Below are positions 1 to 8,239 of a stretch of 64,000 nucleotides of DNA, one piece after another. Each line of letters starts with the position of its first letter. Within the stretch, counting starts at the first letter, position 1. The notes under the pieces were generated by a model, which searched no databases, had not been told where the DNA came from, and was given only the letters and a program-made list of their open reading frames with translations. Source of the stretch: a virus (lineage: Duplodnaviria; Caudoviricetes); the IMG/VR virus record IMGVR_UViG_3300021399_000118, positions 1 to 64,000 of that record, one strand, 5' to 3'. Position numbers and translations under genes: made by a program.

Positions 1-322
1 CATGTGTCTTTTCTCCTTTTTTTATCCTTTTTCTGTAATAAAATAAACGTTTGGACAGAGCGAGAGTTGCAAGAGTCTCTGTCCGACTCATTTGATCCAT
101 ATGGAGGGGAGTTGGCTCTGTTCCGGCGAGACAAACCAGAACAGAACATGAGACGCAAAGCTTATCCGTGGTCTTTTTCCAGGAACGGGTTCTAATATTG
201 GTATTCCTGCTTCTGTCGACACCCGCGAGTTTTATCCTCAAATCTCTATGAGGTCCGGCTGTGAAACCGGCTTTCCACTTCCAGCATATTCTTGTGCACT
301 GAACATGCGCTTCGCTTTGCTG

Positions 323-395
323 TGCTCCCGGCTGGATTCGAACCAGTCCTGGGAAGATTTTAAGTCTTCTGCCTCTTCCTCTGGGCTACGGGAGC
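323..395 (-). tRNA. tRNA-Leu(TAA) with short variable loop
   Basis: Minus strand reads GCTCCCG-TA-GCCCAGAGGAAGAGGC-A-GAAGA-CT[TAA]AA-TCTTC-CCAGG-ACTGG-TTCGAAT-CCAGC-CGGGAGC-A, a full cloverleaf with a TTCGA T-loop. Confidence 0.85.
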
Positions 396-424
396 ATATA
401 TAAACGCCCCTTACGGGGCGGATA

Positions 425-781
425 TCAAGGTTTTTCTTCCCAGACAATCTCTTTTGGCTTTTCATAGACAACGCAGCCGGGACAGTATTCGCATTTTCCA
501 TTCTGGAAATAATAGTTCACCAGATCTCCATCGTCACAACGCATGTTTACCTTGAAAATCATCTGCGGGAAAATCATGGAAAGCGAACCCATATCTTCCT
601 CCATATCTGCCCATTCCTGAGAGTCATAGGGAGGAAACTCGGCTTCGTGCTTTTTGTAGTAATAGCCACCCTCGTCGAAGACATACCCGTGAAGATCCAG
701 TTCCTTCAGCGCGGATCTCAACAGGTCAAAGTCTCTTTTCTCTTCAACGTTTCGGACGATCAGGCTGAAATAGGAATACAT
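425..781 (-). CDS. hypothetical phage protein (118 aa)
   Basis: ORF abutting the upstream gene in a minus-strand operon; acidic, protein-like composition. Confidence 0.7.
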   Translation of the reverse strand: MYSYFSLIVRNVEEKRDFDLLRSALKELDLHGYVFDEGGYYYKKHEAEFPPYDSQEWADMEEDMGSLSMIFPQMIFKVNMRCDDGDLVNYYFQNGKCEYCPGCVVYEKPKEIVWEEKP

Positions 782-1270
782 TTACTCACCCAACCTTTGG
801 AAGAGATCGAAGTAATCCTTGCGAGTGTTCTCGTCGGCGATGCGCTGAGTCTGCTCCTGGGCCGCGGTTTCCTTCTGCTCCTGCAGGAAGCACTCCACAT
901 CCATCTTGATATCGCAGGGCTCATCCTCATCGTAAAGCTCGGTCTCTTCGAGAACATCAATCTCGTTGTTCTGAATCCAGACCGTAGCGCCGATATGGGC
1001 ATGTTCCAGCTCCCAGCGAGCCTGATCGGCATCGCTTTCGCGCATTTCGTAGGCATAATCACGAATATAATTTTCTTCGTCGCTAAATTGCTCGACGATA
1101 TCGGAAGCATCATAATCATGGCCTCCGATGTTGAAGCTGCCGTATTTGTTATTGAGCCATTCGTAGAGACCGTCATAGTCTTCTTCGTAATACTCTTCAG
1201 TACAACAGGTATCCAAGACCTCGTCCACATCCGTCGTGTCGAGCTCCAGAGCTTCGCAAACGTATCGCAT
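782..1270 (-). CDS. hypothetical acidic phage protein
   Basis: ORF; start moved to ATG at 1270 after AAAGGAG RBS because the longer start overlaps a tRNA-like RNA. Confidence 0.75.
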   Translation of the reverse strand: MRYVCEALELDTTDVDEVLDTCCTEEYYEEDYDGLYEWLNNKYGSFNIGGHDYDASDIVEQFSDEENYIRDYAYEMRESDADQARWELEHAHIGATVWIQNNEIDVLEETELYDEDEPCDIKMDVECFLQEQKETAAQEQTQRIADENTRKDYFDLFQRLGE

Positions 1271-1288
1271 TGAAATCTCCTTTTCTAT

Positions 1289-1400
1289 AATCTGCGGGTC
1301 AGGATTTGCACCTGACATGACAGCCTGCCGTTTTCAGTGCTTTATCGGCTGCCCACCACCTTGTTGCTCGCTGTGTCTACCTTTTCCACCACCGCAGATT
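1289..1400 (-). ncRNA. tRNA-like RNA (acceptor, D-arm and UGCAAAU T-arm; no canonical anticodon arm), copy 1
   Basis: AATCTGCGG...CCGCAGATT 9-bp closing stem; TGGTGGAAAAGGTAGACAC D-like arm; GTCAGG-TGCAAAT-CCTGAC T-like arm; homologous to 9936-10052. Confidence 0.65.
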
Positions 1401-1409
1401 TTCATTTAA

Positions 1410-1805
1410 TCAGTACAGTCCTTCTTCAGCATCGGGCTGCTCGGCGTTATCGACAGCGATTTCGCCGTCCTTCCCCTTACCGAGGAATTCCACCGTCACG
1501 GCGTCAATCTTCAAACCGGTGCGAACATTGCCCTTGCCGTCGATGTAATTATCCATCGAAATGGGGCCTTCCACCATGACGCCGCGACCCTTCTTCAGGT
1601 AGGTCGCGCAGGACTCAGCCAGGCCGCGCCACACGGACACATTGAAGTAAACCGTGGTACGGTTCTCTCCGTAACGGTTATTGGCGGCAACAGAGAAGTT
1701 GCACACCTTGAACTTCCGGATCTCTCCGGTGTTCTTGTCGGTATATTCCACCTCGCGCAGGACCGGATCGTTGGTCAGATTGCCGGTAAGAATCGTCTTA
1801 ATCAT
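1410..1805 (-). CDS. ssb: single-stranded DNA-binding protein 1
   Basis: ILTGNLTNDP...CNFSVAAN...FNVSVWRGLAE..YLKKGRGVMVEG OB-fold SSB motifs; acidic tail; AGGAG RBS before ATG 1805. Confidence 0.9.
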   Translation of the reverse strand: MIKTILTGNLTNDPVLREVEYTDKNTGEIRKFKVCNFSVAANNRYGENRTTVYFNVSVWRGLAESCATYLKKGRGVMVEGPISMDNYIDGKGNVRTGLKIDAVTVEFLGKGKDGEIAVDNAEQPDAEEGLY

Positions 1806-2112
1806 TTCTTTTAATCTCCTTTTTCTGTTTTTAAAAACGCATTTCTGTGTGGGTTTACCACGTATTTCTTTTACAACAGCCCCATATCGGTTTAAGTATG
1901 GATAAGGGATTGTTGGGTTTGGAAGACGGAGTATGGTTTCCCGAATTCCGCCGGGATTCCCGCGACGCCTGCGGAGCGGCAGAACTATAAACTTTATCCG
2001 AAAGAATATGCACAAACCGATATAAGCCGTGCCTGAAAGCCTTGTAAATCAACGGTTTCGGAGAAATAGACCAGAGTCTGTTATACGGTTTATGCAACTG
2101 TCACAAAGGCAT

Positions 2113-2137
2113 AAAAAAACCGGGTCTCTTCGCCCGC
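2113..2137 (-). terminator. intrinsic terminator
   Basis: Minus strand CGGG-CGAAGAGA-CCCG followed by T7, just after stop 2168. Confidence 0.55.
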
Positions 2138-2167
2138 CTGAAAACACTTTCATCATACCTGTAAGGA

Positions 2168-2335
2168 TTATTTGGTTTTCTCTTCGGGAGGCTTCCAGCA
2201 ATAGCGCTGATGCCGGATCTGCTTTGCTTTCTCGTATTCCTCCCGCTGACGCTGAAGATCTTCTTTTTTCGGATGCATCGCGTTATGGATTGCCATGCCA
2301 GCCGTAGGATCACGATAACCACTCTGATTTCTCAT
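2168..2335 (-). CDS. small hypothetical phage protein (MRNQSGYRDPTAGMAI...)
   Basis: ATG overlaps the upstream stop (ATGA); GAGGG RBS. Confidence 0.65.
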   Translation of the reverse strand: MRNQSGYRDPTAGMAIHNAMHPKKEDLQRQREEYEKAKQIRHQRYCWKPPEEKTK

Positions 2336-2502
2336 ACAAGAACCCTCACTTTCTGTCCTTTGTCGTCGAGAACATAGATTTCGGAAACGGCGCAATCCAG
2401 GCCCGAGTCATCCATGATCCTGGACAGCCGATCCATTGCCTGGGTATCGGATTCTTCCGGATCAATCTCCAGAAAGACCATACCCTCCGCAACGAGTTTC
2501 AT
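2332..2502 (-). CDS. small hypothetical protein (56 aa, MKLVAEGMVFLEIDPEE...)
   Basis: Read manually (below the ORF track cutoff); AAAGGAGAG RBS; fills the gap in the operon. Confidence 0.65.
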   Translation of the reverse strand: MKLVAEGMVFLEIDPEESDTQAMDRLSRIMDDSGLDCAVSEIYVLDDKGQKVRVLV

Positions 2503-2516
2503 GAGACCACTCTCCT

Positions 2517-2894
2517 TTAAGAGACTTTCTTGAACCGGGCAGCCTGAATCAGCGGATTCTTCGTGCGCCGGTTTCTTTCTCCATAGCCGCAGAAGTAATC
2601 GATGGACACGCCCATCACCTTGGAGATCGCATAGAGCTTGTCGATCTTCGGGGAGGTTCCCTGATAGAGGTAGCCGCTGATATCCTTTTCTGTTACTTTT
2701 GTGCCGTAACCATGAGAATATTCATCGCAGAGTTCTGCAAAGCGTTTTATGGAGATATTGTATTTATTCATATAATCAGCCAGCCGCAGAGCAAAAGGCT
2801 GATCACGCTGTCCAAGGTGAGGCTTGGACATTTTGATAAAGTTATACTGGTACTTGTACTTCACGCGGGTTCCTTCAGTCTTGGGAGTAATCAT
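2517..2894 (-). CDS. XRE-family helix-turn-helix protein
   Basis: ISIKRFAELC...ISGYLYQGTSPKIDKLYAISKVMGVSIDYF, an HTH_3-like pattern. Confidence 0.8.
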   Translation of the reverse strand: MITPKTEGTRVKYKYQYNFIKMSKPHLGQRDQPFALRLADYMNKYNISIKRFAELCDEYSHGYGTKVTEKDISGYLYQGTSPKIDKLYAISKVMGVSIDYFCGYGERNRRTKNPLIQAARFKKVS

Positions 2895-2928
2895 TTTCGC
2901 TCGTCCTTTCTGTTATAAATTATTTCTG

Positions 2929-3225
2929 TTAAGCGCAAAGATCGTCAATCGTAATGTTCATTATCTGCAGCAGGACATTCATTTTTCTTTCGGACGGAAC
3001 GGCTTTGAACAGTTCATATTTGCTGATGTCCATTTCGCTGACTCTGATTCCTCTAAGCGTTGCAATATTTGCAAGCTGCTTCAAAGAGAGGTTGTTGATT
3101 CTCCGATAGGACCGGAGAAAGATGCCGAACTCAACCTGCCGGCGACTGAGAACCTGGAAATCAGTCATGTAACGATTTCCGTGCCTGGGGCCTGTTATTA
3201 TTCTTCTTTCAAAAACTACTTTCAT
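2929..3225 (-). CDS. XRE-family helix-turn-helix protein
   Basis: FGIFLRSYRRINNLSLKQLA...ISKYE...PS....LLQIMNITIDDL. Confidence 0.8.
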   Translation of the reverse strand: MKVVFERRIITGPRHGNRYMTDFQVLSRRQVEFGIFLRSYRRINNLSLKQLANIATLRGIRVSEMDISKYELFKAVPSERKMNVLLQIMNITIDDLCA

Positions 3226-3557
3226 TGCCAGCCCTCTAACAATACGTTTTCATATTCCTCAGCCGACACGGAAGCAAGGCGGTTTCTTGTGGCTGACGTC
3301 ATGTATCTCGGATCCCAAAGCCAGGAATATTTGATGTCCCCGGCAAGAAAAACATTTTTTGCCATTCCATGCTGAATAGGACAGACTCGATAGCGCACAG
3401 GACGATCGTTGATTACGTTCAAAACAACGGCGATCTTTCTATTCAATGTACGCATAGGCCAATCGGACCATTCGCCGCAGAAACTATTTTTCTCCTCTTC
3501 TGTCTCAGGAATCTGAAGATAAACCAAATCTCCTTTTGAAAATACTTTTTCTTCCAT
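3222..3557 (-). CDS. tagged paralog, class A (SH3/KOW-like), copy 9
   Basis: FSKGDLVYLQIP...GEW...M...WLWD...VSAEEYENVLLEG. Confidence 0.8.
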   Translation of the reverse strand: MEEKVFSKGDLVYLQIPETEEEKNSFCGEWSDWPMRTLNRKIAVVLNVINDRPVRYRVCPIQHGMAKNVFLAGDIKYSWLWDPRYMTSATRNRLASVSAEEYENVLLEGWQ

Positions 3558-3559
3558 GT

Positions 3560-3835
3560 TCAGCCCTCAAACAGAATATTTGCGTATTCTTCATTTGAAA
3601 CATTGTTGTTAATATGGTCCATATAATTTTTATTCCACCATAGATTAACAGGATGCGGCTGATCCGGGTTGACCTTAACATAGTTGGTATGATCACGTCC
3701 GCCATCCTTTAAAATCAGCGCATGGCGACCATCATATGGCCGCATTATCTCAACCCACGGGCCAAACTCTTCTTCTTCGGCCTTCGTAGAAGGAGCGCGA
3801 AGCAGCACCAACTCGCCTATTTCAAAATTATTCAT
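3560..3835 (-). CDS. tagged paralog, class A, copy 8
   Basis: FEIGELVLLRAP...WWNKNYM...VSNEEYANILFEG. Confidence 0.85.
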   Translation of the reverse strand: MNNFEIGELVLLRAPSTKAEEEEFGPWVEIMRPYDGRHALILKDGGRDHTNYVKVNPDQPHPVNLWWNKNYMDHINNNVSNEEYANILFEG

Positions 3836-3837
3836 GC

Positions 3838-4167
3838 TTAGCCCTCGAACAGGACGTTCTCATACTCATCATCGGAAACATCTTCAGTTTGGGTTACCAG
3901 ATCCATATACTCAGGATCCCACCACCAGGTATCAAAGGGCTCATGTTCTTCTGCTTCGATTTCTTCCTGAATTCTTTCGTAGTCCTCCAGATGGCAAATC
4001 TGATAAATTAAAGATCCGTCGTACATGCGCTTATTAAGAACTCTTGCTATTGTTCCTTCGTACGGCCGCATATACGGTTCATTCCATCCCGCGCTGAATT
4101 TATCTTCTCTTTCCGGAGCCCGAAGAAAAACGAGATCATTTACTTCAAATGTTTTCGCTGTTTTCAT
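3838..4167 (-). CDS. tagged paralog, class A, copy 7
   Basis: FEVNDLVFLRAP..GW..M..YEG...WWWDPEYM...VSDDEYENVLFEG; ATG 4167 after GAGGG. Confidence 0.85.
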   Translation of the reverse strand: MKTAKTFEVNDLVFLRAPEREDKFSAGWNEPYMRPYEGTIARVLNKRMYDGSLIYQICHLEDYERIQEEIEAEEHEPFDTWWWDPEYMDLVTQTEDVSDDEYENVLFEG

Positions 4168-4169
4168 TG

Positions 4170-4475
4170 TCAACCCTCAAACAGAATATCGGCATATTCT
4201 TTCTCGGATACTTCTTCAATATCGAGCAAAGGTTCTATATAATTCTTATCCCACCACCAATAATCATGAAACCTTCTTACTTTGTCGTACATTTCCGGAA
4301 GGCATACCATGTATCTGTCCTGTTGGAAGCCTTTCTCCAAGATGGCCGCTGTTTTTCCTTCCCATTTAGGCATTTGGTCATCTCTCCAGCCGCCCTTAAA
4401 ACATTCTTTTTCGATTTCGGTATGGGGAGCCCGAAGCCTGACAAGATCTCCGGGCTGATATTCATCTTGCCACAT
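4170..4475 (-). CDS. tagged paralog, class A, copy 6
   Basis: YQPGDLVRLRAP...GW..M..WEG...WWWD...VSEKEYADILFEG. Confidence 0.85.
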   Translation of the reverse strand: MWQDEYQPGDLVRLRAPHTEIEKECFKGGWRDDQMPKWEGKTAAILEKGFQQDRYMVCLPEMYDKVRRFHDYWWWDKNYIEPLLDIEEVSEKEYADILFEG

Positions 4476-4481
4476 TATCTT

Positions 4482-4817
4482 TTAACCCTCGAACAGCACA
4501 TTTACGTACTCTTCATTTGAAACTTCTTTTGTCTGCGTTGCCGGACTCATAAACTTAGGATCCCACCACCAATAATCGTCCAGATTAAGCCAGGCAATCA
4601 GATCTTCATAGTCATCCGCGTCTTCGTCATAGTTTTCCTTAAGGCAAACAAGATAGCCGATCCCAGGGTCTTTCTTGAGAACACGGCAGATCCTGTTGTC
4701 CCAAGCTCTCATTTCATCTTCATTCCAGCCAGCATAGAACTCCATTTCTTCCGTTTCGTCCGCGGGAGCCCGAAGAAGAACATAATCTCCCAGGCAATAT
4801 TCAGTTGTGTTTTCCAT
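4482..4817 (-). CDS. tagged paralog, class A, copy 5
   Basis: YCLGDYVLLRAP...GW..MRAW...WWWDP...VSNEEYVNVLFEG. Confidence 0.85.
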   Translation of the reverse strand: MENTTEYCLGDYVLLRAPADETEEMEFYAGWNEDEMRAWDNRICRVLKKDPGIGYLVCLKENYDEDADDYEDLIAWLNLDDYWWWDPKFMSPATQTKEVSNEEYVNVLFEG

Positions 4818-4819
4818 TT

Positions 4820-5116
4820 TCAGCCCTCGAACAAAATATTCGCATATTCTTCGTTAGAGATTTCTTTCATATCGGAGGCCAGATCCATATAGGACATATC
4901 CCAGGACCAATAATCATCATAGTGACGGAGAGTATCATATTTTTCCGGAAGGCAAACGCGGCAATAGTTACTTCCAACATAAAGAATCCTTGCAGTTTCT
5001 CCTTCCCAGGCTCGCATATGTTCTTCGTTCCAGCCGCACTTAAAGGCATTCATTTCAATTTCTGAATGCGGAGCCCGAAGATAAACATAATCTCCTACTT
5101 CGTAAGATGTTTTCAT
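4820..5116 (-). CDS. tagged paralog, class A, copy 4
   Basis: YEVGDYVYLRAP...GW..MRAWEG...WSWD...ISNEEYANILFEG. Confidence 0.85.
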   Translation of the reverse strand: MKTSYEVGDYVYLRAPHSEIEMNAFKCGWNEEHMRAWEGETARILYVGSNYCRVCLPEKYDTLRHYDDYWSWDMSYMDLASDMKEISNEEYANILFEG

Positions 5117-5118
5117 TG

Positions 5119-5430
5119 TCAACCCTCAAACAAAATATTCGCATATTCATCCTCAGATATTTCTTCGAGCTGAGTTATATTGTCTATGTATTTCGGATCC
5201 CACCACCAACTGTCAAGAGGTGTTTCTTCCTGCGTCTCTTTGTCTATCTCGATCTCGTCCAACGGGCAAACGAGGCAAGTGCCCAGAGAATTTACTTCTA
5301 AAACTTTTGCAATTTTCCCATTCCAGGGCCCCATGCCATCTTGGTACCAGCCGGTGCAAAAGTCTTTAATTTCTTTAGGCGTTGCCGGAGCTCTCAGGCA
5401 AACAAGGCTTCCTTTTTCAAATTTTTTCAT
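5119..5430 (-). CDS. tagged paralog, class A, copy 3
   Basis: FEKGSLVCLRAP...GW..M..WNG...WWWDP...ISEDEYANILFEG. Confidence 0.85.
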   Translation of the reverse strand: MKKFEKGSLVCLRAPATPKEIKDFCTGWYQDGMGPWNGKIAKVLEVNSLGTCLVCPLDEIEIDKETQEETPLDSWWWDPKYIDNITQLEEISEDEYANILFEG

Positions 5431-5433
5431 TTT

Positions 5434-5733
5434 TTAACTCTCAAATAAGACGTTCGCATACTCTTCATCGGACACATCTTTTGATTCAGGAACCGATTCC
5501 ATAAAGCGAGCGTTCCACCAGTAGGTAGTAGGCCACTCCTTTTTCGGATAAAGGCAAACCATATAACGATCCGGGAAAGCTTCGCTTTGCTGGATGACTT
5601 CCGCGAGCCTGCCTTCCCACGTACGCATTCCATCCTCGAGCCAGCCGCTCGTAAAATACTTTTCTTCCTCCGACGCAGGGGCAATAAGCCGAACAATCTG
5701 TCCTGCTTCAAACCATTCTGTATATTCTCTCAT
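5434..5733 (-). CDS. tagged paralog, class A, copy 2
   Basis: FEAGQIVRLIAP...GW..MRTWEG...YWWN...VSDEEYANVLFES. Confidence 0.85.
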   Translation of the reverse strand: MREYTEWFEAGQIVRLIAPASEEEKYFTSGWLEDGMRTWEGRLAEVIQQSEAFPDRYMVCLYPKKEWPTTYWWNARFMESVPESKDVSDEEYANVLFES

Positions 5734-5735
5734 TT

Positions 5736-6026
5736 TTAACCCTCGAAAAGGACATTTGTATATTCCTCGGCTGAGACTTCTTTCATCTCATAGAAATGGT
5801 CCATGTAATTGATGTCCCACCAATATTTTCTATTAGATGTAATCCCCTGGCTCGTACACGGTTTCACCTGGCATCTGGTAGAGAAAGAAGCATCTAAGAC
5901 TTTAGCTTTCAGTCCGACCCATTCACGCATTCCGCTTTCAATCCAGCCGCCACGAAACTCCTCCTGGTCTCTGTTCGTAACCGGACCCCGAAGAATTACG
6001 ATGTCCCCATTGTTAAAATCATGCAT
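5736..6026 (-). CDS. tagged paralog, class A, copy 1
   Basis: FNNGDIVILRGP...GW..MREWVG...YWWD...VSAEEYTNVLFEG. Confidence 0.85.
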   Translation of the reverse strand: MHDFNNGDIVILRGPVTNRDQEEFRGGWIESGMREWVGLKAKVLDASFSTRCQVKPCTSQGITSNRKYWWDINYMDHFYEMKEVSAEEYTNVLFEG

Positions 6027-6037
6027 GTTTCACCTCG

Positions 6038-6247
6038 TTATTTGACGGCCAACATAATCTTTTCCGTAAGCTTGAGCAGAGCCTGGGTATATGTCAGCAC
6101 ATAGCGGCCCCAATAATAATCTTCTCCGTCCTTGCAGTGCCAAACGACATACTGATCGAAACAGTTGCGGCCGATCACGATCTCCAGCCGGTCATCCAGA
6201 GGAACGGAGACGATAATCTCATATCCTTCATTTGTACGCATTTTCAC
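6038..6247 (-). CDS. small hypothetical phage protein (no tag)
   Basis: ORF coupled to its neighbours; QYVVWHC...YYWGRY motif. Confidence 0.75.
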   Translation of the reverse strand: MKMRTNEGYEIIVSVPLDDRLEIVIGRNCFDQYVVWHCKDGEDYYWGRYVLTYTQALLKLTEKIMLAVK

Positions 6248-6543
6248 TCTCCGAACAAAATTGATTCAAATTCCAGAATGCTTATTTCTTCGTTCTGCGC
6301 CTGAGGAACAACCTGGTCTTTAGTCCACAAATAATTTTCGATTATGTCATTCCCAAACTGAGATCTTTTCGGTTTCACCGGTTTCAGCTTCAACATTGTT
6401 CCGGTAACTTTTTCTACAACACACAGCGTTCCGTCGTAATCGATCAACGGACAACGATTCATTATTGTTTTTTCCGGAGCAACTGCCCTGTAATGGTCGG
6501 CTGAAATGAAAACGTAATCTCCTTTTCTGTACATTTCAGTCAC
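6244..6543 (-). CDS. tagged paralog, class B
   Basis: GDYVFIS.D.Y...IDYDGT.C...KLKPVKP..S.F...NYLW; tail ISILEFESILFGE. Confidence 0.8.
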   Translation of the reverse strand: MTEMYRKGDYVFISADHYRAVAPEKTIMNRCPLIDYDGTLCVVEKVTGTMLKLKPVKPKRSQFGNDIIENYLWTKDQVVPQAQNEEISILEFESILFGE

Positions 6544-6824
6544 CCCGCAAAAAGGACATCCTCAAACTCTTCTGTTTCGATTTTTGCGGCCGGATATTCA
6601 AGAGCTTCCTCCGGCCAGAGAAAATTATTAATCGGAGGATTATCAAATGATGATACTCTCGGCTCGACAGGCCTGAGTTTGAAGTTAGATTTGTTCTCTA
6701 TACGGACAATCTCACATTCCGTATGATCGTAGTCGCAAATGGCGCTTCTTTGATCAGGCTTAATGTTTGTTTTATCCAGATATTTGTCGAGAGAGATGCG
6801 AACAATATCTCCAACGTTAAACAT
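6540..6824 (-). CDS. tagged paralog, class B
   Basis: FNVGDIVRIS.D.Y...CDYDHT.C...KLRPVEP..S.F...NFLW; tail IETEEFEDVLFAG. Confidence 0.8.
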   Translation of the reverse strand: MFNVGDIVRISLDKYLDKTNIKPDQRSAICDYDHTECEIVRIENKSNFKLRPVEPRVSSFDNPPINNFLWPEEALEYPAAKIETEEFEDVLFAG

Positions 6825-7248
6825 GTTCTTCCTCCCCTATCAGGACAGAGAGATATTCACTGTCAGTCATAGCCGACATTAATTTTTTCTCTTTATATGC
6901 GTCGATAAATTCTCTGGCTGAATAGGAATATACCATATCAGATTTTATAGATCCAAACAGCGCAGGTTTTCCAATACCATTCAGAGTTTGATCTAAAGGT
7001 TCGAAACAATGATATGGGCCGGACCCGTCCGCGAGCAAATAAGCAAGTGGGCTTGTCTTTGTGTCCATCCACGGCCATTTTTCGAATACAAAGCCGTCCT
7101 CCGTAAGAATATCGTACACCAAAACGATGTCGTCTTTTTCCCTTTTATCGAGACAGATATACGCTATCCCCTTGAAAAAGTTGCAAATCATTTCGTCGAT
7201 TCCCGGAGCCGGGGCTTCTGTTTCGTTGTGTTTTGTTATTACGAGCAT
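6817..7248 (-). CDS. tagged paralog, class C
   Basis: Similar to 7239-7649 (FF.G..Y...DK, YL..DG.GPYH.F); tail MTDSEYLSVLIGE. Confidence 0.75.
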   Translation of the reverse strand: MLVITKHNETEAPAPGIDEMICNFFKGIAYICLDKREKDDIVLVYDILTEDGFVFEKWPWMDTKTSPLAYLLADGSGPYHCFEPLDQTLNGIGKPALFGSIKSDMVYSYSAREFIDAYKEKKLMSAMTDSEYLSVLIGEEEHV

Positions 7249-7649
7249 TGCTCACCTCCAAGAAGAATATCCAGATACTCTTCTTCTTTGCAGTCAGAAA
7301 CACGTGGAAGGTGCAATATTTGCGCAGTTGTGTATATACGAGGAACATAAGGACAGCCGTGGCGAATATCGCCTGTACTTCTTCCAGTCACCATATTCTT
7401 TTCTGTTCTGAAGAAATGATAAGGGCCTGTATCTTCATCCATAAGATAGTCTTCAAGGCTATAGTCGAGAAAAGATGCATTATAGGCCCAGTCTTTTACT
7501 CCATATTCCGTAAGAAGCTTTGCAAGTTCTGCAGTTTCCTTAGGGTTGTCTTTATCCACATGAAAGTAGACCCAGCCGGAGAAAAACTGCTGCATTGCCT
7601 CGTCGAGGGTTTCAGCGTCTTTCATCTGGCTATAAACAACTTCAAGCAT
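7239..7649 (-). CDS. tagged paralog, class C
   Basis: Similar to 6817-7248; tail CKEEEYLDILLGG. Confidence 0.75.
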   Translation of the reverse strand: MLEVVYSQMKDAETLDEAMQQFFSGWVYFHVDKDNPKETAELAKLLTEYGVKDWAYNASFLDYSLEDYLMDEDTGPYHFFRTEKNMVTGRSTGDIRHGCPYVPRIYTTAQILHLPRVSDCKEEEYLDILLGGEQCS

Positions 7650-8007
7650 CTTTTGCTCCTTCCGGGAACTTCAGGAACTTTCGTTCCACCCTCTCCCAGT
7701 CACCTTTATCCCAATCGAAGATATACGCTTCTTCTCCGTCTTCGCAGATATTCGGCACACAAAAGCCGTAATAGTTCTCGAGAACATCGAGCAGCATTTT
7801 ATTCCAGTCACCCTCGACAGGATCCACAACGATGCAGTCGCAGAGATCGTAGGCGGTTTCGAGATCGGTAAGGAGTTTGCCGTCCAGACAGAACTTGAAG
7901 CCTGAGTTTTTGTAAATCAGGTTGTTTTCGTATTTGTATGCTTCTTCCTCGTTGTCGAACTCGCGGCCGTCGAGGGCTCTGTATGTTACCGTCGTTATTT
8001 CAGTCAT
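7642..8007 (-). CDS. hypothetical phage protein
   Basis: YRALDGREFDNEEEAYKYE N-terminal motif, common in phage small proteins; AAAGGAG RBS. Confidence 0.75.
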   Translation of the reverse strand: MTEITTVTYRALDGREFDNEEEAYKYENNLIYKNSGFKFCLDGKLLTDLETAYDLCDCIVVDPVEGDWNKMLLDVLENYYGFCVPNICEDGEEAYIFDWDKGDWERVERKFLKFPEGAKDA

Positions 8008-8152
8008 ACGCTTCTCTCCTTTTCCGGCTGTACGCCTTCTTAGATTCCTTTACCCGGGTAACAGGAGAAAACTGCCAGAGATTTCTTTTGCGGCTGTCCA
8101 GCTCCTTTTGTGCTTTCTTAGACATTTTCCCGCGGCTGATCATATTCTTCAT
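8000..8152 (-). CDS. small basic hypothetical protein (KMSKKAQKELD..RN.W.FSPVTRV..SKKAYSRK)
   Basis: AAGGAG RBS before ATG 8152; coupled to the next gene. Confidence 0.65.
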   Translation of the reverse strand: MKNMISRGKMSKKAQKELDSRKRNLWQFSPVTRVKESKKAYSRKRREAYD

Positions 8153-8239
8153 TTCATTCACGCTCCTTATATTCATTATTCTCAAGAAACTTCTAAATAC
8201 TACTATGCAGTTATTACATTGCAAATATTGCATTTACTT

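Noticed and set aside
238-501. 87-aa minus-strand ORF
   Set aside because: Runs through tRNA-Leu and overlaps 425-781 out of frame; no RBS
3222-6026. Regularly spaced repeats resembling a CRISPR or integron cassette array
   Set aside because: The repeats are degenerate coding ends of paralogous genes with synonymous variation, spaced about 300 nt apart; no cas or integrase gene and no attC-like palindromes seen
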